Part shown: positions 23,847 to 31,902 of the stretch, in pieces
How the letters are laid out: each line of letters begins with the position of its first letter
How positions within the stretch are numbered: the first letter of the stretch is position 1
Assembly (NCBI GenBank): GCA_023130975.1
Contig: JAGMAD010000005.1
Location: 22,933-86,932, forward strand
From: Candidatus Parcubacteria bacterium
Lineage (GTDB): Bacteria > Patescibacteriota > Minisyncoccia > Minisyncoccales > JAGMDC01
Reading direction: 5' to 3'
DNA length: 64,000 nucleotides
Made by a program: the position numbers and the translations under genes
The notes under the pieces: generated by a model
Databases searched by the model: none
The model's input: the letters and a program-made list of their open reading frames with translations, nothing else
What the model was told of the DNA's origin: nothing

Positions 23847-24557
23847 TTAAAATTGAATTATGTAAAATCCTTTTTTAAGGTCGCTAATTATTTTTAAGAA
23901 TCTATTTTTATCTTTTAAGTTTTCTAAAACAAAATCAGCGCCTGATTTCTCTAAATCTTCTTTTGAATAAATACCAGTTGCTACTCCAATTGTTTTCACT
24001 CTTGCTTCTTTCCCTGCTTTTATATCTCGAGGAGTATCTCCGACAAGAAAAACATTATCACTAAATCTAAAATCAAAATCATCTTCTGCTTTTTTGATTG
24101 CTATTTTTACTAAGTTAGTTCTATTCACATCATCACTACCAAATCCACCGACTTTAAAATAATAATCCACGCTGACTTTTTTAAGTTTGCTTTTGGCTAT
24201 AGGTTCTAAACTGCCGGTAACTAATCCCAATAAAACATTATTCTCTCTTAATTCTTCTAATAATTCTTTGACACCGTCTAATAAAACAATCCTATTCTTG
24301 TCAACGATTTTGTTAAAAGAATCTATCATTGCTTTCGTACAATCTTTTAATTTTAATTTTATCGTATTATCATCAAGTCCGTTCTTCTTTAGAACTTCAA
24401 TTATTATAAGTTGATCTGTTAATCCATCGTAATTAATAACATCAATACTACTATTTATGCCATATACTTTTTTAAGAGCTTCAGAAAATGCCAATATGTG
24501 AGCATTAGAGTGTTTAATTAATGTTTTATCTATGTCAAATAAAACTAATTTTTTCAT
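23847..24557 (-). CDS. HAD-superfamily hydrolase (subfamily IA phosphatase-like)
   Basis: Motif I is LFDIDKTL. Also present are LVTGS and GDTPRDIKAGKEA. Confidence 0.8.
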   Translation of the reverse strand: MKKLVLFDIDKTLIKHSNAHILAFSEALKKVYGINSSIDVINYDGLTDQLIIIEVLKKNGLDDNTIKLKLKDCTKAMIDSFNKIVDKNRIVLLDGVKELLEELRENNVLLGLVTGSLEPIAKSKLKKVSVDYYFKVGGFGSDDVNRTNLVKIAIKKAEDDFDFRFSDNVFLVGDTPRDIKAGKEARVKTIGVATGIYSKEDLEKSGADFVLENLKDKNRFLKIISDLKKGFYIIQF

Positions 24558-24609
24558 AAAATTTTTAGTTTAAGTTTCAAGATTTATCCGTATTTGGGCC
24601 AGCAAGCAG

Positions 24610-24639
24610 CCCGCACCGAAACTTTTGGTTTGGTGCGGG
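24610..24639 (-). terminator. Hairpin downstream of secA (terminator candidate, no clear T-run)
   Basis: The minus strand reads CCCGCACCAAACC-aaaa-GTTTCGGTGCGGG. It starts with the same CCCGCACC core as the palindromic-element termini. Confidence 0.45.
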
Positions 24640-24658
24640 ACTTCGCTTCGCTCGTTTT

Positions 24659-27190
24659 TTATCCATATTTAGGATAACAACATTTTTTATATTTTTTGCC
24701 GCTACCGCAGGGGCAAGGATCGTTCCGGCCTGGTTTGTTTTTACGAGCCCCGTCTTCATAACGAGGCCCGACCTCGTTATGAGATGGCACAGAAGTAGAT
24801 GGCTGGCTGAATGCCGGTGCTGAAACTGTTGCTTTTTCTTCTGGTTTAACCAAACTAACCCGGAAAAGAGTATCAACAATATTGGTCTCAATCATATTAA
24901 GAAGCTGGCGAAACATTTTATGGCCTTCATTTTTGTATTCTACTAATGGATCCTGCTGTCCATAAGCGCGTAAGCGAACAGAATCTCTTAAATACTCCAT
25001 ATTTTCCAAATGGTCCATCCAAAGGAAATCCAAACTCCGCAAACTAATAATTTTTTCCACTTTTCTCATATTCTCTTCGCCTATTTCTTTTTCTTTTTTC
25101 TCATAATCTTGCTCTGTCTTCCCCTGTTTCTTAACCATTTCTATAATTTTGGCTTTTCGCTCCTCGCTTTTCGCTTCTAAGATTTCTCTTCGCTTTTTAT
25201 AGATTACTTCCCTGTGTTTGTTTAAAACATCATCATAGTCCAATAAATGTTTTCTCAAATCAAAATTCATTCCTTCAATTTTCTCCTGCGCTGATTCAAT
25301 CACTCCTGAAACCATTTTAGCTTCAATTGCCTGGTCCTCTGGAATTTTCAGCATTTCCATCATTTTCTGGATTCTTTCACCGCCGAAAATTCTTAATAAA
25401 TCGTCTGCCAAAGAAACAAAGAATTGAGAAGAACCAGGATCGCCCTGCCTGCCAGACCGGCCCCGCAATTGATTGTCAATTCTTCTGGCTTCATGCCTTT
25501 CTGTACCGATAACGGAAAGCCCTTTGCTTTTAACAACTTTTTCTGCTTCTTCTTTATTAGGAGGATTGCCGCCTAAAATTATATCCACTCCCCTGCCAGC
25601 CATATTAGTAGCAATAGTCACTGCCTTATATCTGCCTGCCTGAGCAATAATTTCTCCTTCTTTCTGGTGATGCTTGGCATTTAAAATCTGATGAGGAACT
25701 CCTTCTCGATCTAACAGCTTTCCTAAATATTCATTTTTCTCAATAGAAGTAGTGCCAACCAAAACCGGCTGTCCTTTTTGATGCCTTTCTTTAATCTCTG
25801 CCACCACTGCCTTAAATTTTCCGCTTTCTGTTTTGTAAATTCTATCTGGCAATACCTCGCGAATCATTGGCTTGTTTGTCGGTATTATCACCACCTCTAA
25901 ACCATAAACCTTGTCAAATTCTTCTGCTGAAGTGGCAGCTGTTCCAGTCATCCCAGCTAATTTATCGTAAAGCCGAAAGTAATTCTGAAAAGTAATTGAA
26001 GCTAATGTTTTTGATTCTGGCTGAACTGCTACCCCTTCTTTTGCCTCAATGGCTTGATGAAGACCCCCGGAATAGCGCCTGCCAGGCAAAAGCCGTCCAG
26101 TGAAATCATCAACAATAATAACTTGACCATCCTTTACCACATAGTCCCTATCTTTCTTGAAAAGAGCTTGGGCGCGGAGAGATTGCTCTAAGTGATGTAA
26201 ATATTTTATGCCTTTTTCCTGATAAATATTATCCATACCTAAGATTTTCTCTATTTTTTCAATGCCCGGCTCAGTTAAGGTAACAGCTTTCATCTTTTCA
26301 TCAATTTCATAATCAGATTCCTTTTTTAATTGAGGAATAATTTTGGCAAACTCTCCATACGCTTTCGTTGCTTCCATATCCGGAGCAGAAATAATCAAAG
26401 GGGTTCTGGCCTCGTCAATTAAAATTGAGTCAACTTCATCAACAATCGCAAAATTAAATTCACGCTGAGCTTTATCTTTTAAGTCATAAACCATATTATC
26501 CCTTAAATAATCAAAACCGAATTCATTGTTAGTGCCATAAGTAATATTCGCTTGGTATGCCTCTTTTCTTGAACAAGGCCTTAAATAACTTTCAATAACT
26601 TTAAATCCGCCCAAAGTGTCTCTTTCTTCATCTCTTTCACTATTAGATTCTTGATTCTTGATTCTTGATTCTTGATTTTTTTCTTGAAATTCTGGATCAT
26701 AAATACAGGCTGTATCATGCACTAGACAACCAACTGACAAGCCGAGCAAGTGATAAATCTGTCCCATCCAAACTGTGTCTCTTTTAGCTAAATAATCATT
26801 AACTGTTACTACATGAACACCCTTATCTGTTAAAGCATTTAAATAAATTGGCATAGTAGATGCCAATGTTTTTCCTTCACCGGTTTTCATTTCTCCAATT
26901 CTTCCTTGGTGCAATATAATACCGCCGATTAATTGAACATCAAAATGCCTTTGGTTTAAAGTCCTTTTTGCTGCTTCTCTTGTTAAAGCAAATGCTTTTG
27001 GTAATATATCATCAAGCGTCTTACCCTTTTTTAATTCTTCTTTGAGTTTTTCTGATTCTAAACGAAGCTTTTCATCAGAAAAACCCTCGAACTCTTGTTC
27101 GAGGTTATTTATCTGCTCAACGATTGGCTGAATTTTCTTTAAATACTTCTCGTTAGCATCGCCAAAAAGTTTAGACAAAACCTTCATCAT
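24659..27190 (-). CDS. secA: Preprotein translocase ATPase SecA
   Basis: 843 aa with [44 protein letters not shown] and the C-terminal zinc motif [13 protein letters not shown]. Confidence 0.95.
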   Translation of the reverse strand: MMKVLSKLFGDANEKYLKKIQPIVEQINNLEQEFEGFSDEKLRLESEKLKEELKKGKTLDDILPKAFALTREAAKRTLNQRHFDVQLIGGIILHQGRIGEMKTGEGKTLASTMPIYLNALTDKGVHVVTVNDYLAKRDTVWMGQIYHLLGLSVGCLVHDTACIYDPEFQEKNQESRIKNQESNSERDEERDTLGGFKVIESYLRPCSRKEAYQANITYGTNNEFGFDYLRDNMVYDLKDKAQREFNFAIVDEVDSILIDEARTPLIISAPDMEATKAYGEFAKIIPQLKKESDYEIDEKMKAVTLTEPGIEKIEKILGMDNIYQEKGIKYLHHLEQSLRAQALFKKDRDYVVKDGQVIIVDDFTGRLLPGRRYSGGLHQAIEAKEGVAVQPESKTLASITFQNYFRLYDKLAGMTGTAATSAEEFDKVYGLEVVIIPTNKPMIREVLPDRIYKTESGKFKAVVAEIKERHQKGQPVLVGTTSIEKNEYLGKLLDREGVPHQILNAKHHQKEGEIIAQAGRYKAVTIATNMAGRGVDIILGGNPPNKEEAEKVVKSKGLSVIGTERHEARRIDNQLRGRSGRQGDPGSSQFFVSLADDLLRIFGGERIQKMMEMLKIPEDQAIEAKMVSGVIESAQEKIEGMNFDLRKHLLDYDDVLNKHREVIYKKRREILEAKSEERKAKIIEMVKKQGKTEQDYEKKEKEIGEENMRKVEKIISLRSLDFLWMDHLENMEYLRDSVRLRAYGQQDPLVEYKNEGHKMFRQLLNMIETNIVDTLFRVSLVKPEEKATVSAPAFSQPSTSVPSHNEVGPRYEDGARKNKPGRNDPCPCGSGKKYKKCCYPKYG
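26646..26680. repeat. Heptanucleotide microsatellite (GATTCTT)4 plus a partial unit, inside secA
   Basis: Four perfect tandem units span 26646-26673. Translated on the minus strand they give [12 protein letters not shown]. Confidence 0.85.
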
Positions 27191-27228
27191 ATCTAATTTG
27201 ATTTTAACAAATTTTTATAAAAAAACAA

Positions 27229-27296
27229 CCCCGCACCTTTTCTAGACAGCTTTGAATTTTTGAAGCCTTTGGCTTCTGTCCAGAAAAGGTGCGGGG
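27229..27296. mobile_element. 68-nt palindromic element copy forming a 23-bp stem with a T-run upstream of secA
   Basis: AACCCCGCACCTTTTCTAGACAG ... CTGTCCAGAAAAGGTGCGGGGTT. The terminal 13 nt CCCCGCACCTTTT are identical to the pgk copy. On the minus strand it is followed by GTTTTTTTTAT. Confidence 0.7.
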
Positions 27297-27312
27297 TTGG
27301 AGAAGAAATTTA

Positions 27313-27339
27313 CTTCTTTTTCTTCTTTTTCTTCTTTTT
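27313..27339. repeat. (CTTCTTTTT)3 perfect 9-nt tandem repeat
   Basis: Three exact copies. On the minus strand the repeat sits inside the ATG-GCA-(AAG/AAA)10-TAA micro-ORF at 27310-27348. Confidence 0.85.
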
Positions 27340-27519
27340 CTTTGCCATTTTATTTAATTATTTCAGAAAGCACATATTTTATGCTTTCAGAAATAACTAT
27401 CTTACATTAAGGCAAATATTCGACTTCTTATTTGCCCGTCCGCCAAAATTTTTTAAAAATTAGGCGGGCAAAAATTTTAAAGAAAATTCATTACTTTATT
27501 TTTTCATTTTAAAAAAGTT

Positions 27520-27534
27520 TGTCAATGTGGATAA
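27520..27534 (-). promoter_or_regulatory. TTATCCACA directly abutting a TTGACA -35 hexamer
   Basis: The minus strand reads agTTATCCACATTGACAaactttttt. The -10 box is unclear (AAAAAT). Confidence 0.35.
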
Positions 27535-27544
27535 CTGTAATTAA

Positions 27545-27620
27545 AAATTTTCAATTATCAATTTTCAATTTTCATTAAATTTTCAATTCTTTAATTTTCA
27601 ATAATTAGAAATTAGAAATT
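27545..27620. repeat. Degenerate TTTTCAA-rich tract downstream of murB
   Basis: ATTTTCAATTATCAATTTTCAATTTTCATTAAATTTTCAATTCTTTAATTTTCAAT. This is the reverse complement of the TTGAAAA heptamer repeated inside murB. Confidence 0.5.
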
Positions 27621-27621
27621 T

Positions 27622-28581
27622 CTATTGTAGATATTTTATCTCTTCTTTCAGTTTAATTCCGAATTTTTCTTTTACTTTTCCTTTTGCTAAATTTATTAAT
27701 TTCAAAACATCTTTTGCCTTGGCATCACCTAAATTGACAATGAAATTAGCATGCTTTTCAGAAATCTGGGCTTTGCCAGCCTTCTTTCCTTTTAGTCCGC
27801 ATTTCTCAATCAGCCAACCAGCAGGATGTTTCTTGGGGTTTTGGAATATTGAGCCAGCTGAAGGAAAATTTAAGGGTTGATTGTCTTTTCGCCATTTTAG
27901 ATTCTCTCTTACTCTTTTTTTGATTTCTTCTTTATCTCCTTTTTTTAATTCAATTTCTGCTGAAAGAATTATCAAGTTCTTGTTGTGTTTAAAAATACTA
28001 TCCCTGTATTTAAACTTACAATCTTTTTTCTTCAAAATTCTGGTTTGGAATTTGGAGTTTGGAATTTGGGATTTGTTTGGGATTTGGGATTTGGGATTTG
28101 GGATTTCCAAAACCGTTACGGTTTTGGTTATATCTTTCATTGACTGTTCAAAAGCGCTAGCATTCCCTCTAATAGCACCACCAACTGTTATTCCCGGAAT
28201 TCCTACTGCCCATTCCATACCAATTAATCCATTTTTTGTCGCTTCTAAAACTAACAAAGATAGAGGTGCCCCTGCTCCAACATTAATTTTTGTAATTTGA
28301 GATTTGGGATTTGATTGAAAATTGAAAATTGAAAATTGAAAATTTATAACTAGTCCCTGGTATCCCTCATCTGCCACAAGAACATTGCTTCCACCACCTA
28401 AAACAAAAAAAGACAGCTTTAATTCATTTGCTGTCTTAATAGCTTTGATTAAATCATCTTTATTTTTTGCTGTATAAAAATATTTTGCCGGGCCGCCAAT
28501 CTTAAAGGTTGTATAATTTTTCAATAAAATGTTTTTCTTAAACTTTTTAAAAATTTTAGATTTTGATTTGTCATTTTGCAT
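27622..28581 (-). CDS. murB: UDP-N-acetylenolpyruvoylglucosamine reductase MurB
   Basis: NYTTFKIGGPAKYF, FVLGGGSNVLV, GIPGTVGGAIRGNA and GSIFQNP. Two heptamer-repeat tracts interrupt it in frame. Confidence 0.88.
   Translation of the reverse strand: MQNDKSKSKIFKKFKKNILLKNYTTFKIGGPAKYFYTAKNKDDLIKAIKTANELKLSFFVLGGGSNVLVADEGYQGLVINFQFSIFNFQSNPKSQITKINVGAGAPLSLLVLEATKNGLIGMEWAVGIPGITVGGAIRGNASAFEQSMKDITKTVTVLEIPNPKSQIPNKSQIPNSKFQTRILKKKDCKFKYRDSIFKHNKNLIILSAEIELKKGDKEEIKKRVRENLKWRKDNQPLNFPSAGSIFQNPKKHPAGWLIEKCGLKGKKAGKAQISEKHANFIVNLGDAKAKDVLKLINLAKGKVKEKFGIKLKEEIKYLQ
28042..28108. repeat. Heptanucleotide array (GATTTGG-type, about 9 units, imperfect) inside murB
   Basis: GGTTTGG AATTTGG AGTTTGG AATTTGG GATTTGT TTGG GATTTGG GATTTGG GATTTGG GATTTCC. 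It encodes EIPNPKSQIPNKSQIPNSKFQT. Confidence 0.85.
28295..28343. repeat. Heptanucleotide array (ATTTGNG x3, then TGAAAAT x4) inside murB
   Basis: ATTTGAG ATTTGGG ATTTGAT TGAAAAT TGAAAAT TGAAAAT TGAAAAT. It encodes NFQFSIFNFQSNPKSQI. Confidence 0.85.
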
Positions 28582-28759
28582 TTTGATTTTTAATTTTTGA
28601 TTTTTTTAAAATGGCCGGGAGAGTTGACTCCAATTCTAAGTCTTTAGTGAGTGCTGCCTCCCGACCTTTTTTATTGTAGCAAATTTTTAAAAAATATGCT
28701 ACCATAAGAACATGGCAAGGCCATAACCTTGATTTCTTGCTTCGCTCGAAATTTAAAAA

Positions 28760-30529
28760 ATGACCATGAACTCAAAGATAAAAATTATTTTTTTCATAGC
28801 TATACTATTCTTTCTTTACCTGCCTTTTTCTGCTTCAGCTGTTTTTTTAGGCGAGAAACAGTCCTTTTTTGTTGATTCTTCTTATGACTCATCTGAAAGA
28901 GAAGAAATATCTGCCCTCCTTCAAAGAATAGGAAAAGAAATCTATTTTTTTATTGACAACGACTACTGGGATTCTTTAAATCTTGAGGAAAAAAATAAAA
29001 CAAGACAATCTCTTCAAGATTTAGATAATGAATTTCACGGCAAAATATATCCAACCTTAACTTCTTTTTACGGCTCTGAATGGAAACCGGGAATTGATAA
29101 AGACAGCCGTCTGACAGTTCTAATTCATCCAATGATTGAAGAAGCCGGAGGATATTTTAGGAGCGCTGACGAATATGAAAAAATACAAGTTCCTAACTCA
29201 AATGAAAAAGAAATGGTTTATCTCAACTCTCTTTATATTAACCAACCAGGGTCTAAAAACTTGCTGGCTCATGAATTCACTCATTTAATCACTTTTTATC
29301 AAAAGAATGTAAAACAAGAAATAGAAGAAGAAATATGGCTCAACGAAGCCAGGGCAGAATATGCTCCTACTTTACTCGGTTATGATGATATCTATGAAAA
29401 CAGTAATCTTGAAAATAGGGTCAAAATCTTCTTAGCCAACCCGACTGACTCCGTTACCGAATGGCAGAACGCTCTTTCTGATTACGGAGTTCTTAATCTT
29501 TTTACCCAATATTTAGTTGAACAATATGGAATAGAAATTTTGACAGATTCAATGAGAACAGAAAAAAAAGGGATTAACAGCTTAAATTATGCTTTAAAGA
29601 AAAACGGGTATGAAGAAAACTTTACTGATGTCTTTACTAATTGGACGATTACTGTTTTAGTTAACGATTGTGATTTAGGAAAAGAATACTGTTATCAAAA
29701 TGAGAATTTAAAAAATTTGAAAATAACTCCTTCTTTTAATTTTCTGCCCCTAATAGGCAAAAGTAGTTTAGGAGTCAGCCAGACAACTAAAAACTGGGCC
29801 GGCAATTGGTATAAATTTATCGGCGGAGAAGGAAATCTGAAAATAAGTTTTTTGGGCGATCCTGAAAGTTTATTTAAAATACCTTGCATTACCAAAAATT
29901 CCTCTGGAAAATACGAGATTGACTTTTTTCAATTAGATGAAAATCAAAGGGGAGAAATTTTTGTTTCAGATTTTGGAAAAGAAATTACTTCTGTTGTTAT
30001 TATTCCCTCTATTCAAAGCAAAATGTCTGGATTTTTAAATCCAGAACCAAGTTTCCCATTTTTCTGGGAGGCCTCTGCTACTGCTGTTGAAGAAAAGGAA
30101 AAAGAAGAAAAGCCAAACTTTTTGGAAAAGCCGATTTCGGAAATGACCAAACAAGAAATTATTTTCAAAATTGAAGAGATTCAGAATATCTTAAATCAGC
30201 TTCAAGCCCAGCTTACTGAATTAAACAAAGAAAATGTTGAAGAGAACCAAGAAAATCTTAGCTGCCAAAGATTTGAAGAAAATCTCTCTTATGGATTATT
30301 AAATGATGAGAGGGTTCGCTGCCTTCAAGAATTTTTGAAATCAGAAGGAAAAGCAATTTATCCAGAAGGACTAGTCACCGGGAATTTTTTTAAATTAACT
30401 AAAGCGGCTGTAATTCACTTCCAAGAAAAATACCAAGAGGAAATTTTAGCACCCTGGGGATTAGAAAAAGGAACTGGTTTTGTCGGTTCTCTAACCAGAA
30501 AAAAAATCAACCAGCTCTTAAACAGCTAA
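28760..30529 (+). CDS. Secreted zinc metallopeptidase-like protein with a C-terminal coiled coil and a peptidoglycan-binding-like domain
   Basis: Signal peptide IIFFIAILFFLYLPFSASA. HExxH motif LLAHEFTHL with a downstream NEARAEY. The C-terminus is homologous to the N-terminal anchor of the 1248-aa protein. Confidence 0.6.
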   Translation: MTMNSKIKIIFFIAILFFLYLPFSASAVFLGEKQSFFVDSSYDSSEREEISALLQRIGKEIYFFIDNDYWDSLNLEEKNKTRQSLQDLDNEFHGKIYPTLTSFYGSEWKPGIDKDSRLTVLIHPMIEEAGGYFRSADEYEKIQVPNSNEKEMVYLNSLYINQPGSKNLLAHEFTHLITFYQKNVKQEIEEEIWLNEARAEYAPTLLGYDDIYENSNLENRVKIFLANPTDSVTEWQNALSDYGVLNLFTQYLVEQYGIEILTDSMRTEKKGINSLNYALKKNGYEENFTDVFTNWTITVLVNDCDLGKEYCYQNENLKNLKITPSFNFLPLIGKSSLGVSQTTKNWAGNWYKFIGGEGNLKISFLGDPESLFKIPCITKNSSGKYEIDFFQLDENQRGEIFVSDFGKEITSVVIIPSIQSKMSGFLNPEPSFPFFWEASATAVEEKEKEEKPNFLEKPISEMTKQEIIFKIEEIQNILNQLQAQLTELNKENVEENQENLSCQRFEENLSYGLLNDERVRCLQEFLKSEGKAIYPEGLVTGNFFKLTKAAVIHFQEKYQEEILAPWGLEKGTGFVGSLTRKKINQLLNS

Positions 30530-30530
30530 T

Positions 30531-31691
30531 ATGTATTTTGTTCATCCCCAAATAAATTTAAACAAAAAAAATTTTCAGAAAATATTCTCTTCTTTTTTCC
30601 GAACTCCTGATTCAAAGGGCTTAAACAAAAAGCTCTCTTCTTTCTTTCCGGAAAAGCAGATTGTTTTTACTGACATGGGCAGGTCGGCTTTTCAAATCAT
30701 AATTGAAAAAATGAATTTAAGAAACAGCCAGATGCTTTTTCCTGCTTACATCTGCGATATCTTCCTGCCCATTTTTAAGAAATATAATATTAAACCGATT
30801 TTCTTAGATGCTGATATTAAGACCTTTAATTTAAAAATTGAAGAAATGGAAAAGAAAACCAGTCCCCAAACCAAATCTATTTTTGTTTCCCATATTTACG
30901 GCCTGCCTAATAACATAAATAAGATATTGTTTATCGCTAAAAAACATAATTTAAAAGTCATTGAGGACTGCGCCCATAGTTTTGGGATAAAAAAGGGAAA
31001 AAGATATTTAGGAAATTTTGGTGAGGCCTCTTTGTTCAGTTTATACAAATTTCTTCCGGTTGCTAGAGGAGGAATGCTGGTCTGTCCCAAGAACTGGAAA
31101 ATAGATTTAGAAGAAACATCTTTCAGTCCCCGTGATTTTATTTCTTTCTTAAACCATTTTCCTTTTTGGGCTTTTCTGTTTAAAAAATTTGGCGGCTTCG
31201 TTTCTCCAAAAATAATAAGAAAAGAAAAGCTGTCTAAGACCGGAGGAATTAACAAGGTCTCTTTGAATCTATTTTCTTCTCTCTTTGAAGAACACCAGAA
31301 AAATTTAAAAAAAAGAATAAATCTTGGCTTGTTTTTTCAAAAAGAACTTAAAAATTTAGGCTTTGAGACCCGGGAAGGAAAAGAGAATGGTTTTTGCTAT
31401 CTTTCTGTTTTAATGCCAAAAAAATTGAGAGAAAAAAGAGATGATTTTATAAAAGGACTGAGAAAAGAAGGTGTCCATTGTACAAGAATGTGGTATAGTC
31501 CTATAGTTCTTAATCCGGAAGCGCAAAAAAAATACAAATTAGACCTAAATGAATTTCCAAATACCATAGAGATAAGCCAAAGAGTTATTAATTTTCCTTT
31601 GCAGGATTTCTTTCAGAAAAAAGACATAAAAGAAATGATTGGAAAAATAAAGAAAGTGCTTAATTCACTTGACCCCGTAGTGAAAATTTGA
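30531..31691 (+). CDS. DegT/DnrJ/EryC1/StrS-family protein (aminotransferase-like)
   Basis: PAYICDIFLPIFKKYNIKPIFLDAD, VSHIYGLP, VIEDCAHSFG and SLYKFLPVARGG. The last codons and the stop lie inside a palindromic element. Confidence 0.6.
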   Translation: MYFVHPQINLNKKNFQKIFSSFFRTPDSKGLNKKLSSFFPEKQIVFTDMGRSAFQIIIEKMNLRNSQMLFPAYICDIFLPIFKKYNIKPIFLDADIKTFNLKIEEMEKKTSPQTKSIFVSHIYGLPNNINKILFIAKKHNLKVIEDCAHSFGIKKGKRYLGNFGEASLFSLYKFLPVARGGMLVCPKNWKIDLEETSFSPRDFISFLNHFPFWAFLFKKFGGFVSPKIIRKEKLSKTGGINKVSLNLFSSLFEEHQKNLKKRINLGLFFQKELKNLGFETREGKENGFCYLSVLMPKKLREKRDDFIKGLRKEGVHCTRMWYSPIVLNPEAQKKYKLDLNEFPNTIEISQRVINFPLQDFFQKKDIKEMIGKIKKVLNSLDPVVKI

Positions 31692-31748
31692 CAAAGTTTT
31701 CTTTTGGAAAACTCATATCGCAAAGCGAGTCAAATTTCTACTACGGGG
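31673..31748. mobile_element. 76-nt palindromic MITE-like element overlapping the 3' end of the DegT-like gene
   Basis: The arms are CCCCGTAGTGAAAATTTGAC and GTCAAATTTCTACTACGGGG. TTGA flanks lie at 31669-31672 and 31749-31752. The stop codon at 31689-31691 lies inside the element. Confidence 0.65.
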
Positions 31749-31834
31749 TTGACACAAGTTCTTGAATTTGCTAACATTAGATTAGTGAGTGTGAGATCCT
31801 ATGAGAAATCAAAGGAACTCCATTCTTTGTCGGC

Positions 31835-31875
31835 AAAAGACCCCGGTTTCCGGGGTCTTTTGCTTTCTCTTTTTT
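31835..31875. terminator. Bidirectional rho-independent terminator between convergent genes
   Basis: AAAAGACCCCG-gtttc-CGGGGTCTTTT followed by GCTTTCTCTTTTTT. Confidence 0.75.
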
Positions 31876-31902
31876 GAAAAAAATCTTTGAACCAAAATTT
31901 GA

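Noticed and set aside
24577-24891. ORF 24577..24891 (104 aa, minus).
   Set aside because: It is an alternative frame of the secA C-terminus and the terminator hairpin. The secA frame is unambiguous because of its zinc-finger tail.
27310-27348. Calling MAKKKKKKKKKK a genuine protein-coding gene.
   Set aside because: The ORF is only 12 codons, is built from a perfect 9-nt simple repeat, and has no Shine-Dalgarno or promoter context of its own. I kept it only as a hypothesis in the findings and not as a CDS feature.
28600-28680. The hairpin GGCCGGGAGAG...CTGCCTCCCGACC followed by TTTTTT, upstream of murB, considered as a possible 4.5S/SRP RNA.
   Set aside because: It lacks the conserved GGAA tetraloop and AGCA/GGAAGCAGC domain IV motifs, and the loop is about 30 nt. 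It is more likely a leader or terminator-like structure. I left it uncalled.
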